From positions 7,380,044-7,444,043 of the forward strand of contig CM121343.1 in assembly GCA_051530055.1 (NCBI GenBank): DNA of 64,000 bases, given 5' to 3'. Source of the stretch: Neoechinorhynchus agilis (lineage: Eukaryota; Animalia; Acanthocephala). The notes beneath the pieces are model-generated. The model worked only from the letters and a program-made list of their open reading frames with translations. It had not been told where the DNA came from and did not search any database. Shown one piece after another: positions 1 through 11,489 of the stretch (positions within the stretch are counted from its first letter, which is position 1; each line of letters opens with the position of its first letter). The translations under genes and the position numbers were made by a program.

Positions 1-1436
1 GTTCTTGCTTGTGAGTTGCTTCGTGTTGGCAGTGTGTTGATTGGACGAGGAATACATCCACAAACGATTATCAGCGGTTGGCGTCTATCGCTCGAGGTTG
101 CTTTAGATGCCCTCGAGAAGGCAGCTGAAGCTATTCCGGATTCTGAGGAAGGATTAAAACGTAAGCTTTTGAATATTGCATCGACAACATTGAGTTCGAA
201 ATTGCTCGGGCAATATAAAGCTCATTTTGCTGCTCTCTGTGTGGAGGCGGCATTTAGAATTCGATCTCATTGCAATTTAAGAGCGATAAAGATAATAAAA
301 GTGAGTGGAAAGACCATGTCCGAGTCGTATGTGGACGATGGCTTCCTTCTTGAGAAGAAAGTCGGATTGAATCAACCGGAAAAGGTAGAGGAAGCGCGTG
401 TTTTGATCGCCAATACTCCGATGGATACTGATAAGATAAAAGTGTTTGGAGGTAAAGTTAAAGTTGATAGTATTTCGAAAGTTGCTGAGATTGAGAGCGC
501 AGAACGAGCCAAAATGGAAGCGAAAGTTAAGGCGATATGCGATACCGGATGCAACGTTTTCATTAATCGTCAACTTATTTACAATTATCCACAACAGTTG
601 TTCGCGGACGCCGGTGTTATGGCAATCGAACATGCTGACTTTGACGGGGTTGAACGATTGGCGCTTGTGTTGGGCGGCGATATCGTTTCGGTATTTGGAG
701 ATAAAAGCGATAATTTAAAGTTAGGACATTGTAAGAAAATCGAACAGGTTATGATGGGGCAGAAGCAAGTCTTGAAATTTAGTGGATTACAGCTTAAAGG
801 TGCATGCACAATGGTACTATTTGGTTCCAATGATACTGTTTTGGATGAAGCTGAACGATGTGTACACGACGCTTTGTGCGTATTAACAAGAATGCTCTCG
901 AAAAATAGTGGTGACTTAAGAGTCGTCTATGGTGGAGGATGTTCTGAGATTTTGATGGCTAGAGCCGTATAATGCGACCTTTCAATATCATGGTCGGCTC
1001 GTCTTTTAACGAAAAATGATTCCTACCCCCAGGGGGCGGCTAATTTCCGAACTTTTTTCTTCTTAGTTCAAAATTGATTTGGTCGCCAATAGAATCAAGG
1101 GCCGAGTTAGTGGCTGGGAAACAAGCATTAGCTATGGAAGGATTCTCGACTGCTTTAAAGCAAATTCCAGTCATTATTGCGCAAAATGCAGGTTATGATA
1201 GTCAGCAACTTGTCACAGAGCTACGAGCTGCTCATGCTCATGGACAAACCTGTTTTGGACTCGATATGATCAATGGTACTATTGGTGACATGAAACAGTT
1301 AAATATTGACGAAAGCTATCTACTTAAAAGACAAATCGTCCGGAGTGCCGCAGAAGCAGCTGAAATGATCCTCAGAGTAGATCAAACAATTAAGGCTGCG
1401 CCTAGAAAGAGACCAAAGGATAAAAGGCACCATTAA
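1..1436 (+). CDS. CCT2: T-complex protein 1 subunit beta (chaperonin CCT-beta), 5' part outside window; exons ..969 and 1092..1436
   Basis: Motifs NRQLIYNYPQQLFADAG, EHADFDGVERLALVLGG, LDEAERCVHDALCVL, YGGGCSE, IIAQNAGYDS, C-terminal RVDQTIKAAPRKR. Joining 969 to 1092 gives MARAVESRAELVAGK, gapless against the recalled human MAHAVTQLANRTPGK. Confidence 0.95.
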
Positions 1437-1718
1437 TTGTTTGGTTAGGCGAAAAAATAAACCTAAATCGAATCGAGTATAGATTATTTCTTATATCTCT
1501 AACCAGCTAAGATTTCAGCATCACATGCTAGTGCTATGCTTCTTTTTTTAATCGTAAGGAACCAATCCTCGTGGTCTCAGTGTTTCTTTAAACTTTTCAA
1601 AGGCGTTCTGGTGTTCCTGGTTCCATTGCCAATTTTTACCTTTCTGTGTCAATTTTCAAAGCGCGTTGCAAAATCGATGAAATTCGGCGCAGAATCGTGC
1701 ATGAAAATTAGCTAGGCC

Positions 1719-2405
1719 CTAGAATGCTCTCAGGTCTTTTGCATTCTTCGGTTCAGAAGCCTCTGTCAGCTCCATTGCTCTATCTTCCGAAGGTTTTATC
1801 TGCCGTTGTTTGATGATATGACCAAGATATTGCACTTCATCCCTTGAAAACTGACATTTTTCTTCTTTTACTTTAATTCCTGCTTTGTTCGGCTTTCCGA
1901 TAGCCTTCCAAAGTCGCTCTATGTGTTCTTCTTCCGACCTTACCGAGATTATGATATCGTCCAAAGAAGCTCCTACCCCATCTATTCCTTGCAGCATCTC
2001 TGAAATGTAATTTTGAAAAATTGCTGATGCCGGTGAAATTTCAAATGGCAGTCGATTGTACTTAAAGAAACTATATTGTGTAGCAATCGTTAGTAGTCTA
2101 CTTATTTGATCATCCACAGGAATCTGTGGATATGCGTCCCTCAGATCAATGGCGCTATATTGTGTGCCACCCGCCAGTTTGCGCGTTAGTTCTTCGAATG
2201 TGGGCATGAAGTACGAATCAACTTGGAGTTGCTGATTAAGAGTTACACGGAAATCTTCACAAATTAGTACCTTCCCTCTGGTCTTCCAAACTACTACAAT
2301 TGGCGTGACCCATTCTATTTCGTCTTGATTCGCATCTACTGATCTACTTCCGCTTTTAATGGATCCTGTAGTGCAAGCGGAATCCTTCTCGCACCACATA
2401 CGCAT
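1719..2405 (-). mobile_element. Degenerate Ty3/Gypsy reverse transcriptase fragment
   Basis: WVTPIVVV, YSAIDLRDAYPQIPVD, YNRLPFEISPASAIFQ, GASLDDIII, KCQFSRDEVQYLGH. Confidence 0.85.
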
Positions 2406-3044
2406 TGTTCGGCGTCCTCCTTCAGAACCAAGCTTGCTTCGAAATTCTTTATCTTATCTGATTCATTGTTGAACACTGAAAGGATCGATTTCTTCAATTT
2501 TGCGCATAATGCTTCGCTTTTATGATCATTTAATTTTAGACAATCCCTTTCTTGTCCGGTTTATTTATTTAGGCATAACGCCAAACCAATTACATCAGAG
2601 AAGTGATATAACCACATAGTCTCTAATGCACGGTTAAGAGTTTGTACATTCCTCCGGATCCTCAGATACCTCCAGGAGGCGAGACTCATCAGTGAGTTTC
2701 CTCCCTTCAGCGGTATTTCGTCCCCTTTGGCTGTGCGTCATTGGTGGTAACGGATTCGAACCACTTGACCCCTTATCCGGATCATGGGCATTAGTCCACT
2801 TGACCACCTCGACACAACTACGAAATGTCAAACTCAGCCAGTTCATCGGCTCAGGGATAGCGCCGTGTTCTATATTTTTAAGTTTCACTGGCAAGCCGGT
2901 ATGTTATGATCATTCAATTTTAGACAATCCCTTTCTTGTCCGGCTTATTTATTTAGGCATAACGCCAAACCAATTACATCAGAGAAGTGATATAACCACA
3001 TAGTCTCTAATGCACGGTTAAGAGTTTGTACATTCCTCCGGATC

Positions 3045-3108
3045 CTCAGATACCTCCAGGAGGCGGGACTCATCAGTGAGTTTCCTCCCTTCAGCGGTAT
3101 TTCGTCCC
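3045..3108 (-). ncRNA. Candidate hammerhead ribozyme, non-circularly permuted (equivalent copies at 2661-2724, 3422-3485, 3802-3865, 4185-4248, 4553-4616)
   Basis: Minus strand GGGAC-GAAA-TACC-(15 nt)-CTCA-CTGATGA-GTCCC-(10 nt)-GGTA-TC-TGAG: complete core with stems I, II and III and an AUC cleavage triplet. Confidence 0.75.
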
Positions 3109-3125
3109 CTTTGGCTGTGCGTCAT

Positions 3126-3197
3126 TGGTGGTAACGGATTCGAACCACTTGACCCCTTATCGGGATCATGGGCATTAGTCCACTTGACCACCTCGAC
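3126..3197 (-). promoter_or_regulatory. tRNA-derived internal Pol III promoter (A box and B box) in each repeat unit
   Basis: A box TGGTCAAGTGG (3190-3180) and B box GGTTCGAATCC (3146-3136). 5' end GTCGAGGTGGTCAAGTGGACTAATG resembles tRNA-Leu/Ser; no closable acceptor stem. Confidence 0.7.
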
Positions 3198-5266
3198 ACA
3201 ACTACGAAATTTCAAACTCAGCCAGTTCATCGGCTCAGGGATAGCGCCGTGTTCTATATTAAGTTTCACTGGCAAGCCGGTATGTTATGATCATTCAATT
3301 TTAGACAATCCCTTTCTTGTCCGGCATTTTTAGGCATAAAGCCAAACCAATTACATCAGAGAAGTGATATAACCACATAGTCTCTAATGCACGGTTAAGA
3401 GTTTGTACATTCCTCCGGATCCTCAGATACCTCCAGGAGGCGGGACTCATCAGTGAGTTTCCTCCCTTCAGCGGTATTTCGTCCCCTTTGGCTGTGCGTC
3501 ATTGGTGGTAACGGATTCGAACCACTTGACCCCTAATCGGGATCACGGGCATTAGTCCACTTGACCACCTCGACACAACTACGAAATGTCAAACTCAGCC
3601 AGTTCATCGGCTCAGGGATAGCGCCGTGTTCTATTTTTTAAGTTTTACTGGCAAGCCGGTATGTAGTCATTCAATTTTAGACAATCCCTTTCTTGTCCGG
3701 CTTATTTATTTAGGCATAAAGCCAAACCAATTACATCAGAGAAGTGATATAACCACATAGTCTCTAATGCACGGTTAAGAGTTTGTACATTCCTCCGGAT
3801 CCTCAGATACCTCCAGGAGGCGGGACTCATCAGTGAGTTTCCTCCCTTCAGCGGTATTTCGTCCCCTTTGGCTGTGCGTCATTGGTGGTAACGGATTCGA
3901 ACCACTTGACCCCTAATCGGGATCATGGGCATTAGTCCACTTGACCACCTCGACACAACTACGAAATGTCAAACTCAGCCAGTTCATCGGCTCAGGGATA
4001 GCGCCGTGTTCTATATTTTTAAGTTTCACTGGCAAGCCGGTATGTTATGATCATTCAATTTTAGACAATCCCTTTCTTGTCCGGCTTATTTATTTAGGCA
4101 TAAAGCCAAACCAATTACATCAGAGAAGTGATATAACCACATAGTCTCTAATGACGGTTAAGAGTTTGTACATTCCTCCGGATCCTCAGATACCTCCAGG
4201 AGGCGGGACTCATCAGTGAGTTTCCTCCCTTCAGCGGTATTTCGTCCCCTTTGGCTGTGCGTCATTGGTGGTAACGGATTCGAACCACTTGACCCCTAAT
4301 CGGGATCATGGGCATTAGTCCACTTGACCACCTCGACACAACTACGAAATGTCAAACTCAGCCAGTTCATCAGATAGCCGTGTTCATATTTTTAAGTTTA
4401 CTGGCAAGCCGGTATGTTATATCATTCAATTTTAGACAATCCCTTTCTTGTCCCATTTATTTAGGCATAACGCCAAACCAATTACATCAGAGAAGTGATA
4501 TAACCACATAGTCTCTAATGCACGGTTAAGAGTTTGTACATTCCTCCGGATCCTCAGATACCTCCAGAAGGCGGGACTCATCAGTGAGTTTCCTCCCTTC
4601 AGCGGTATTTCGTCCCCTTTGGCTGTGCGTCATTGGTGGTAACGGATTCGAACTACTTGACCCCTTATCGGGATCATGGGCATTAGTCCACTTGACCACC
4701 TCGACACAACTACGATACCGGCTTGCCAGTAAAACTTAAAAATATAGAACACGGCGCTATCCCTGAGCCGATGAACTGGCTGAGTTTGACATTCCGGGAA
4801 TCGGTACTTTAAGATTCCTCGCACCGCCACATTGACGTCTTCTTTTACAAATGACATCCTATTAAAACTTGTGAAGGCCTTCTAAGAACCGGGTCTCTAT
4901 TTTGGGATCATTGCAGTTAATGAATTAAATCTTATAATGCAATTAAATACAGTGAAAGAACAAATTAGACTCCCAGAAAATTCTGAAAAGCGAATTATAT
5001 TAGTCTTTATGCCCGAGAAGACATTGGCAAAAAACTTAACTACAGAATCATCTTCAAATTTGAAAAGAAATTCGCTAGAAGAGCAATGGATAGTCTATGA
5101 AAGACTAAATTAGCTGACGGTATAGACTTTTAGCGAACTTGGAGAAAAGGTTTAAAAGGCCTAAATGCAAGACCGAATGATTAATGTGATGTACCTGAAG
5201 AACTTTCCGCCTAAAATCAACAATCCTTCGTCACAAAAGAGGAAATTTGAGCCATGAAATTGTCTA

Positions 5267-5830
5267 TTGTAATTTAGGTCGCTTGTTGACCAAATCCTAG
5301 AGACGAATGCACTAAAGTCGACTGATTGAATCGGAATCATTTTATCAATTCGATTGTTCACTTTCCAATGAAGGCTTGCAGACCTCCAGCAATACAAATA
5401 TAAAAACAATCGAATCGATAAAATGACTTTGATTCAAAAAAATTTATTCGTCAAAGGCAACCCATGGATCGACCGCCGTCGCTGAATAACCAAAGCAACA
5501 TTCTATAGTTAAGTATCCGTTTTTTATTTGAGGTCACAATCCGATCCACTGCATGGATTTGTTGGCCCAGTCTGCTGAGGAAATCCACTCAAAGGGTAAT
5601 CTCAACAGGATTTTCAAGAATACACAGCGGAATTTTAGGCGTTGTTCTGGAGGCCTTCCTCTGACTTTGATTCAATCAATGGATTTAATACATAATAATA
5701 ACATGCTTTATTGATTTTTGTGTTTAAGAAATTAAACCTATATACCTTTTGGTCCTCATAAATACACAGATATTCTGTTGTCCGTTCTTAACGCGATCTC
5801 TCGAGTGTTGTTGACAAGCAACCTAGACAA
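5267..5830. mobile_element. MITE-like element, degenerate TIRs of the 18.2-kb family, carrying a Gypsy protease-like relic
   Basis: ggtcgcttgttgac...gagacgaatgcactaaagtcgactgattgaatc at 5277-5332 and inverted ttaacgcgatctctcgagtgttgttgacaagcaacctagacaa at 5788-5830. Minus-strand EITL*VDFLSRLG. Confidence 0.55.
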
Positions 5831-5952
5831 CAATCTAACCACCCGAATGTAATATTCAAAAAAAAAGATGACCTCATCATGAAATCAGCGAGTGAACGTT
5901 GCCAACACTCATCATAAAAAGAACCAATCAATTATTTGGATCTATGGAAGCA

Positions 5953-6960
<1,008 letters not shown>

Positions 6961-7139
6961 TGGCACCACAAACCTAACACTGACATCTTGCGAGGTCGAT
7001 GACGTGGAGAAAAGTTTCAATTCTATGGATTCGACTGAAGGGATTAAGGTGACGCGAGACATCATCAGATTATCTACGGTTCCCCAATTTTCGTTTCGGA
7101 GTTAATTCGGTTAATGATTTAATTTAGTATAGAAAAAGG

Positions 7140-7440
7140 ATAGCCACGCATCAAGATTCCCATCATTTTTCGGTGATGAAACCTACAATTTATGCTGCGA
7201 TGCACAGAGCAGTACTGATTTGTTCATTGTCAATACATCGAAGTGGGAAGTTGTTCCCGCTGGTTGAGCAATTCTGGGCTTTGTCGAGCTGGTGTCCAGA
7301 ACTCTCCATCGCATTGTCTTCGGAAACGCCATCCGTTTATCTTCGACAAAAAGGTACATATTTGGAATCAGCAAGTCTTGATAGTTACGATAGACGCCGC
7401 TAGGACGTTTTTTCAAAATTATTCAACCCTAACATCAGCA
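7140..7440 (-). mobile_element. Degenerate Gypsy integrase N-terminal (zinc-binding) fragment
   Basis: YLFVEDKRMAFPKTMRWRVL...PRIA...MNKSV pattern. Confidence 0.5.
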
Positions 7441-7459
7441 GATCCCACTCTGACAACAT

Positions 7460-8295
7460 AAATGACCCCTCCTTGGTACCATTGCTGGCGTCTTTCGCTC
7501 CCCGGCCTCTCGACCAGAGTCCTCCTTGCTCCAAATTGACTCTATGATTGAGCTCATAAATTCCACAAATTCGCACCATTTCTTAATTGCAAGGGACTTC
7601 AATAATCTATTTCCTCTTCTACCCTCTCTCTCCCCGCGAACTCTGACCATTCTTCTGCCCTTATCACTCCCTCCACCTCAGCGTATGAAATCTCCTCGTT
7701 TTCTCGTCTGGGATAAACGTGATCATCATATCCAAAATTTTATAAAGTTGTTCAACTATAATATTCGCACATTCCACTCTAACAACACAAATGGCCCTTC
7801 CTTGGACATGTCCTCCCTAACCTCAATCATAGAGAATTCCCTAGCTTCGGCAATTCCCAAGAAATTCATTAGAATCTCCAACCGCGACCCTCTATGGATA
7901 ACCCACATTCTGAAACTTTTACAAAGGCAAGCTTCTAGGTCCCATCGCAATAACTCCCACTCTCCCCGTTTACAAAAGGCATTTACGAATGAAATACTTC
8001 TCGCCCGCAAAAATTTCCTTTCCTCTAAAATTTGATCAGGTGGCAACTCAACATGGTGGCGGGCCGTCAAAAACGCTCTTAGTATACACCACCCGGATCC
8101 CTTCCCTAATTTGACCTCCACTGAATTAAAACAAGTTCTAGATTCCATGAATCAGAACCTCTGCCCTGACTCAGTTTAAAATCACTGATCAACTTCAGTC
8201 ACCACACAATCTTTTACGCCCACACCTGAAGCTTCTGTCAACTCGATAATACTCCCCTCAGTTTCATCATATGAAGTACTAAAGTATCTCATGAA
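7460..8295 (+). mobile_element. CR1/L2-like non-LTR retrotransposon fragment (AP endonuclease to pre-RT linker)
   Basis: GVFRSPASRPESSLLQIDS, IARDFN, ISNRDPLWIT. Same family as 10.1-11.1 kb, 33-34.8 kb and 62.6-64 kb. Confidence 0.7.
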
Positions 8296-8530
8296 ATTAC
8301 CTGAACCATACAAGGTTCTTCGGCGAAACGAAAAGTTTTCCACGGTGGATTATGGTGGAAAGCCCGAAAATGTAACGATCAATCGCCTCAAACAAGATTA
8401 TATCGATCCAACAGCACTTGTCCTACTCGCTCAGCCTCTTAAGCGAAGTAGACCACTTTAAAAAACCAAAAGACCGAAACAAACCTTGTTGGGGGGAGCT
8501 ATGTGGCGTAGTGATGTCTCCGCGTTTTGT
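8296..8530 (+). mobile_element. Gypsy integrase C-terminal relic with PPT and LTR start
   Basis: PYKVLRRNEKFSTVDYGGKPENVTINRLKQ followed by gggggagc-tatgtggcg. Paralogous to 16828-17307. Confidence 0.6.
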
Positions 8531-9563
8531 TGAATAATTAAAACATGTTTTGAGGCGATGGTGGATTACCATTTACCGATGCCTTCTACAAATCCGATAT
8601 TTCGGCACAATCGTGTTCCTTTATCAAGGTTGTTTAGACACAAGATTTTGCCGAAATATCGAATTTAAAAAAATTCCTTCAATTTCTCTGCCACAAACAT
8701 GAATAACTCAAACTACAAACGGATATTATTTCTTTGTTATTTATATTGGACCTTCGGCTTAAAAATGATCAATCTTGTCATTAATTTTCACTTTCCAGTC
8801 GAATAATGGGTCAAATCAATAATTCAGTGTTGCCATGGAAACAAAAAACTATTTAAATCTACTTTCACTAGGTTGGCAAATACGGATAAAACGAATTGAC
8901 GGTTCTAAGGAGTCTGATTTGAGTAAGCTGCCAAGTGAGAAATGCAATGCTTGCGAGCGCTCATGTCAAAGACCAAGGGATATCCACATGATTAAATACA
9001 AAATATAATCACAGTATCATCCAAGGAGATCTTATTAAATGAGTTGACGGCAGTAAAGGTTGCTGAGATTGAAGAAATTCCTAATAATCTCAACACTGCG
9101 AAATCAGCATTGGTAAAATCTAAAGAGGATCAAACTGGTAAATTCGAAAAATCAAAAGAGTTCGTTATTGAAGCGAAAGGTTTATAGTTGAAAAAGACAA
9201 AAAGAATTATTGAATGAGGAAATAATGCTATTAACTGATAGCATTATGAAAAATATTCAATTGCTGAACAAGCTGCTGTTAAGAAGAATGAAATAGAAAA
9301 GAGGGATATGAAAAATGATTTAACAAAAAAACATTGTAAGCCCTACGCTGATTTCTTAAATATATAAAATATTTTACTTGACCGCCATTGTTGTGTAAAG
9401 ATGGATTTATTCACCGACGTTTTGGCACTTCGTTACAACACAAATCCGGCCCGGCTCCGTTAGATTGCGTTAAAATTTGCTTTGTGTATTTATCGCTTGC
9501 TTTTTAAGTTATAATAACAAAACATTTTATTAATAAACAAAGAAAAGGAACCATCACCAAGTA

Positions 9564-10031
9564 TCAATGTGCGGCCTTTTTCCACGGCTCATAATATTCC
9601 TTGGGCACACAGCCCACTAATGTTGTCCAGAAAAGGAACCATCACCAAGTATCAATGTGCGGCCTTTTTCCACGACTCATAATATTCCTTGTGCACACAG
9701 CCCACTAATGTTGTCCAGGTAAACGCATAAAATCACTCTATAACCTGACCATCCGGTTATGAGTTTGTACATTCCTCCGGCTCTTCAGGTACCTCGAGGA
9801 GGCGGGACTCAGTGATTTTCCTCCCTCCAACGAGGTATTTCGTCCCCCTTGGTTGTGCGTCATTGGCTGTAACGGATTTGAACCACTAGACCCTTAATCG
9901 GAATAACGGGCATTAGTCCACTTGATCATCTCAGCACAACTACGGAGTGATTTTATGCGCTTCCCTGAATTAGATCGGTGGGCTGTATGCCCAAGGAAAA
10001 TTATCAGCCTTGGAAAAAGGCCGCACATTGA
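9564..10031. mobile_element. TA-flanked TIR element enclosing a tRNA-head/permuted-hammerhead cassette (cassette on minus strand, ribozyme-like core 9785-9846)
   Basis: tcaatgtgcggcctttttccacggctcataatattccttgggcacacagcccac (duplicated at 9564 and 9652) versus its reverse complement at ~9977-10031; TA on both sides. Confidence 0.65.
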
Positions 10032-10079
10032 TACTTAATAAAAGTTACCTGCTCGCAAGTCTTCAAAAAAGAGGAACCA

Positions 10080-11160
10080 TGAACATTTGGGTCCTCATGA
10101 AGACTCGAGTTTTGTCAGGATAAATGAATGTGACTGTTGATTCTGGAGTGGACCGAGTTGGAATATCCGGTCAAGTGGGAAAGTTTGTGTTATTGTTTGG
10201 AGGGGACTTTGTGAGGGTGGGTCTTTCCTCGGTTTATGATATCCAAGACGATTGAGCAGTATGGAAAAAGGAGCGGAGGTAAAGAGAGGTGCGAGGTATA
10301 AGAAAATGAAATGAATGGGGATTACGAGTGTTGTGCTCGTGTGGAATAATTGTGGTGGTAGGCTTGAGAGGCGTTTTGATTGTTTGATGAAAATCTTATA
10401 AAGGTATTCAGTGGGGAAGAAATTTACTGTACGAAATTTAGAAGCTCTTCTATGAAACGATTAAAGGAGACGACTTTGTGATTGCGATAGGTTGCAAAAG
10501 ACGGCATAGCCGCAGATGACGGAGGGTAAATTAAGGCTGAAATAAAATTTGGAGATATCGGGCGATGGGATTCCTAAATGGCGTTGGCGTCTTTGGGGGT
10601 AAATTTTAAAGGAGTTTAGCTTGAGGGAGAGAGTGATGCGCGAGTCCCATTTCAGAATTGATTGAGGCGAATCGTCAAATGTCATTTGAAAGATCAGGAT
10701 AGGATATGGGGTTGCGGGAGAGTGAGGGGATCAACTCGAAGCATTTAGGGAAGTCCAGGTAGAGTTTGTGATTGGTGCAGAAATCTTTGATGTGTGTGAT
10801 TTCGTTAGATGTTAAGGAGGAAATGTAAGTTGTAGGAGTAGTAATTTGCGTAGAGCCTGAGGTGTTTCATTGGTTGAAATTTGAATCAGGGCAAAAGTTC
10901 TAATTTATGGAATCTAGGGCGTGTTTCAGTTCAGAAGATGACAAGTTTGGGAAGGGATCAGGATTGCGTATACCAAGAGAGTCCTTGACTGCCCGCCGCC
11001 ATGTTGAATCGCTATATGAACGAATTTCGGAGGAAAGGATTTTTTGCGGGCAAACACATTTTATTAATAAACAAAGAAGAGTAACCATGTACATTTGGGT
11101 CCTATTGAACACTCGAGTTTTGTCAGGATAAGTGAATGTGACTGTTGATTTTGGAGTGGA
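10080..11160 (-). mobile_element. CR1/L2-like non-LTR fragment (RT 3' region), degenerate
   Basis: TWRRAVKDSLGIRNPDPFPNLSSSELKHALDS, matching 8040-8160. Confidence 0.6.
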
Positions 11161-11489
11161 TTACTTGCCCGGCCGGTTGAAAATATCCGGTCCAGTGGGA
11201 AAGTTTTGTGAGGGCGAGTGACCGATTTTCCATGGAATTTCTGATCGATGTCGCATTCGATAGTTTTTTTCGATTATCCAATCAGAACTCGAGTGTTTAT
11301 GAGGACCCAACGATACACGGGTCCACCTCTTTGTGCAATAACAAATAAAACGTGTTATTATAAGTCGCAATCTCTGCCTCTCTTAATTATCAGCGATTTT
11401 ATTTCGAAAACGATCGATCACTACGAACAAATTAGTTGGTTTATTGAGTTCAAAACCTATGATAAAAGGCTAGTTCACGCTCTGTTTAG

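Larger units (their letters stand above)
2521..4793 (-). repeat. Tandem array of ~371-384 bp units (5 full plus 1 partial) with terminal 79-bp inversion; retrozyme/SINE-like
   Basis: Anchor ttagacaatccc at 2536, 2920, 3301, 3677, 4061 and 4432. Segment 4715-4793 is the reverse complement of the next expected unit segment. Confidence 0.95.

Noticed and set aside
3126-3197. Functional tRNA genes in the tandem repeat
   Set aside because: A and B boxes are present but there is no acceptor stem or proper anticodon arm.
2634-4857. Repeated short ORFs in the 380-bp array
   Set aside because: They recur only because of the repeat and are broken by indels between copies.
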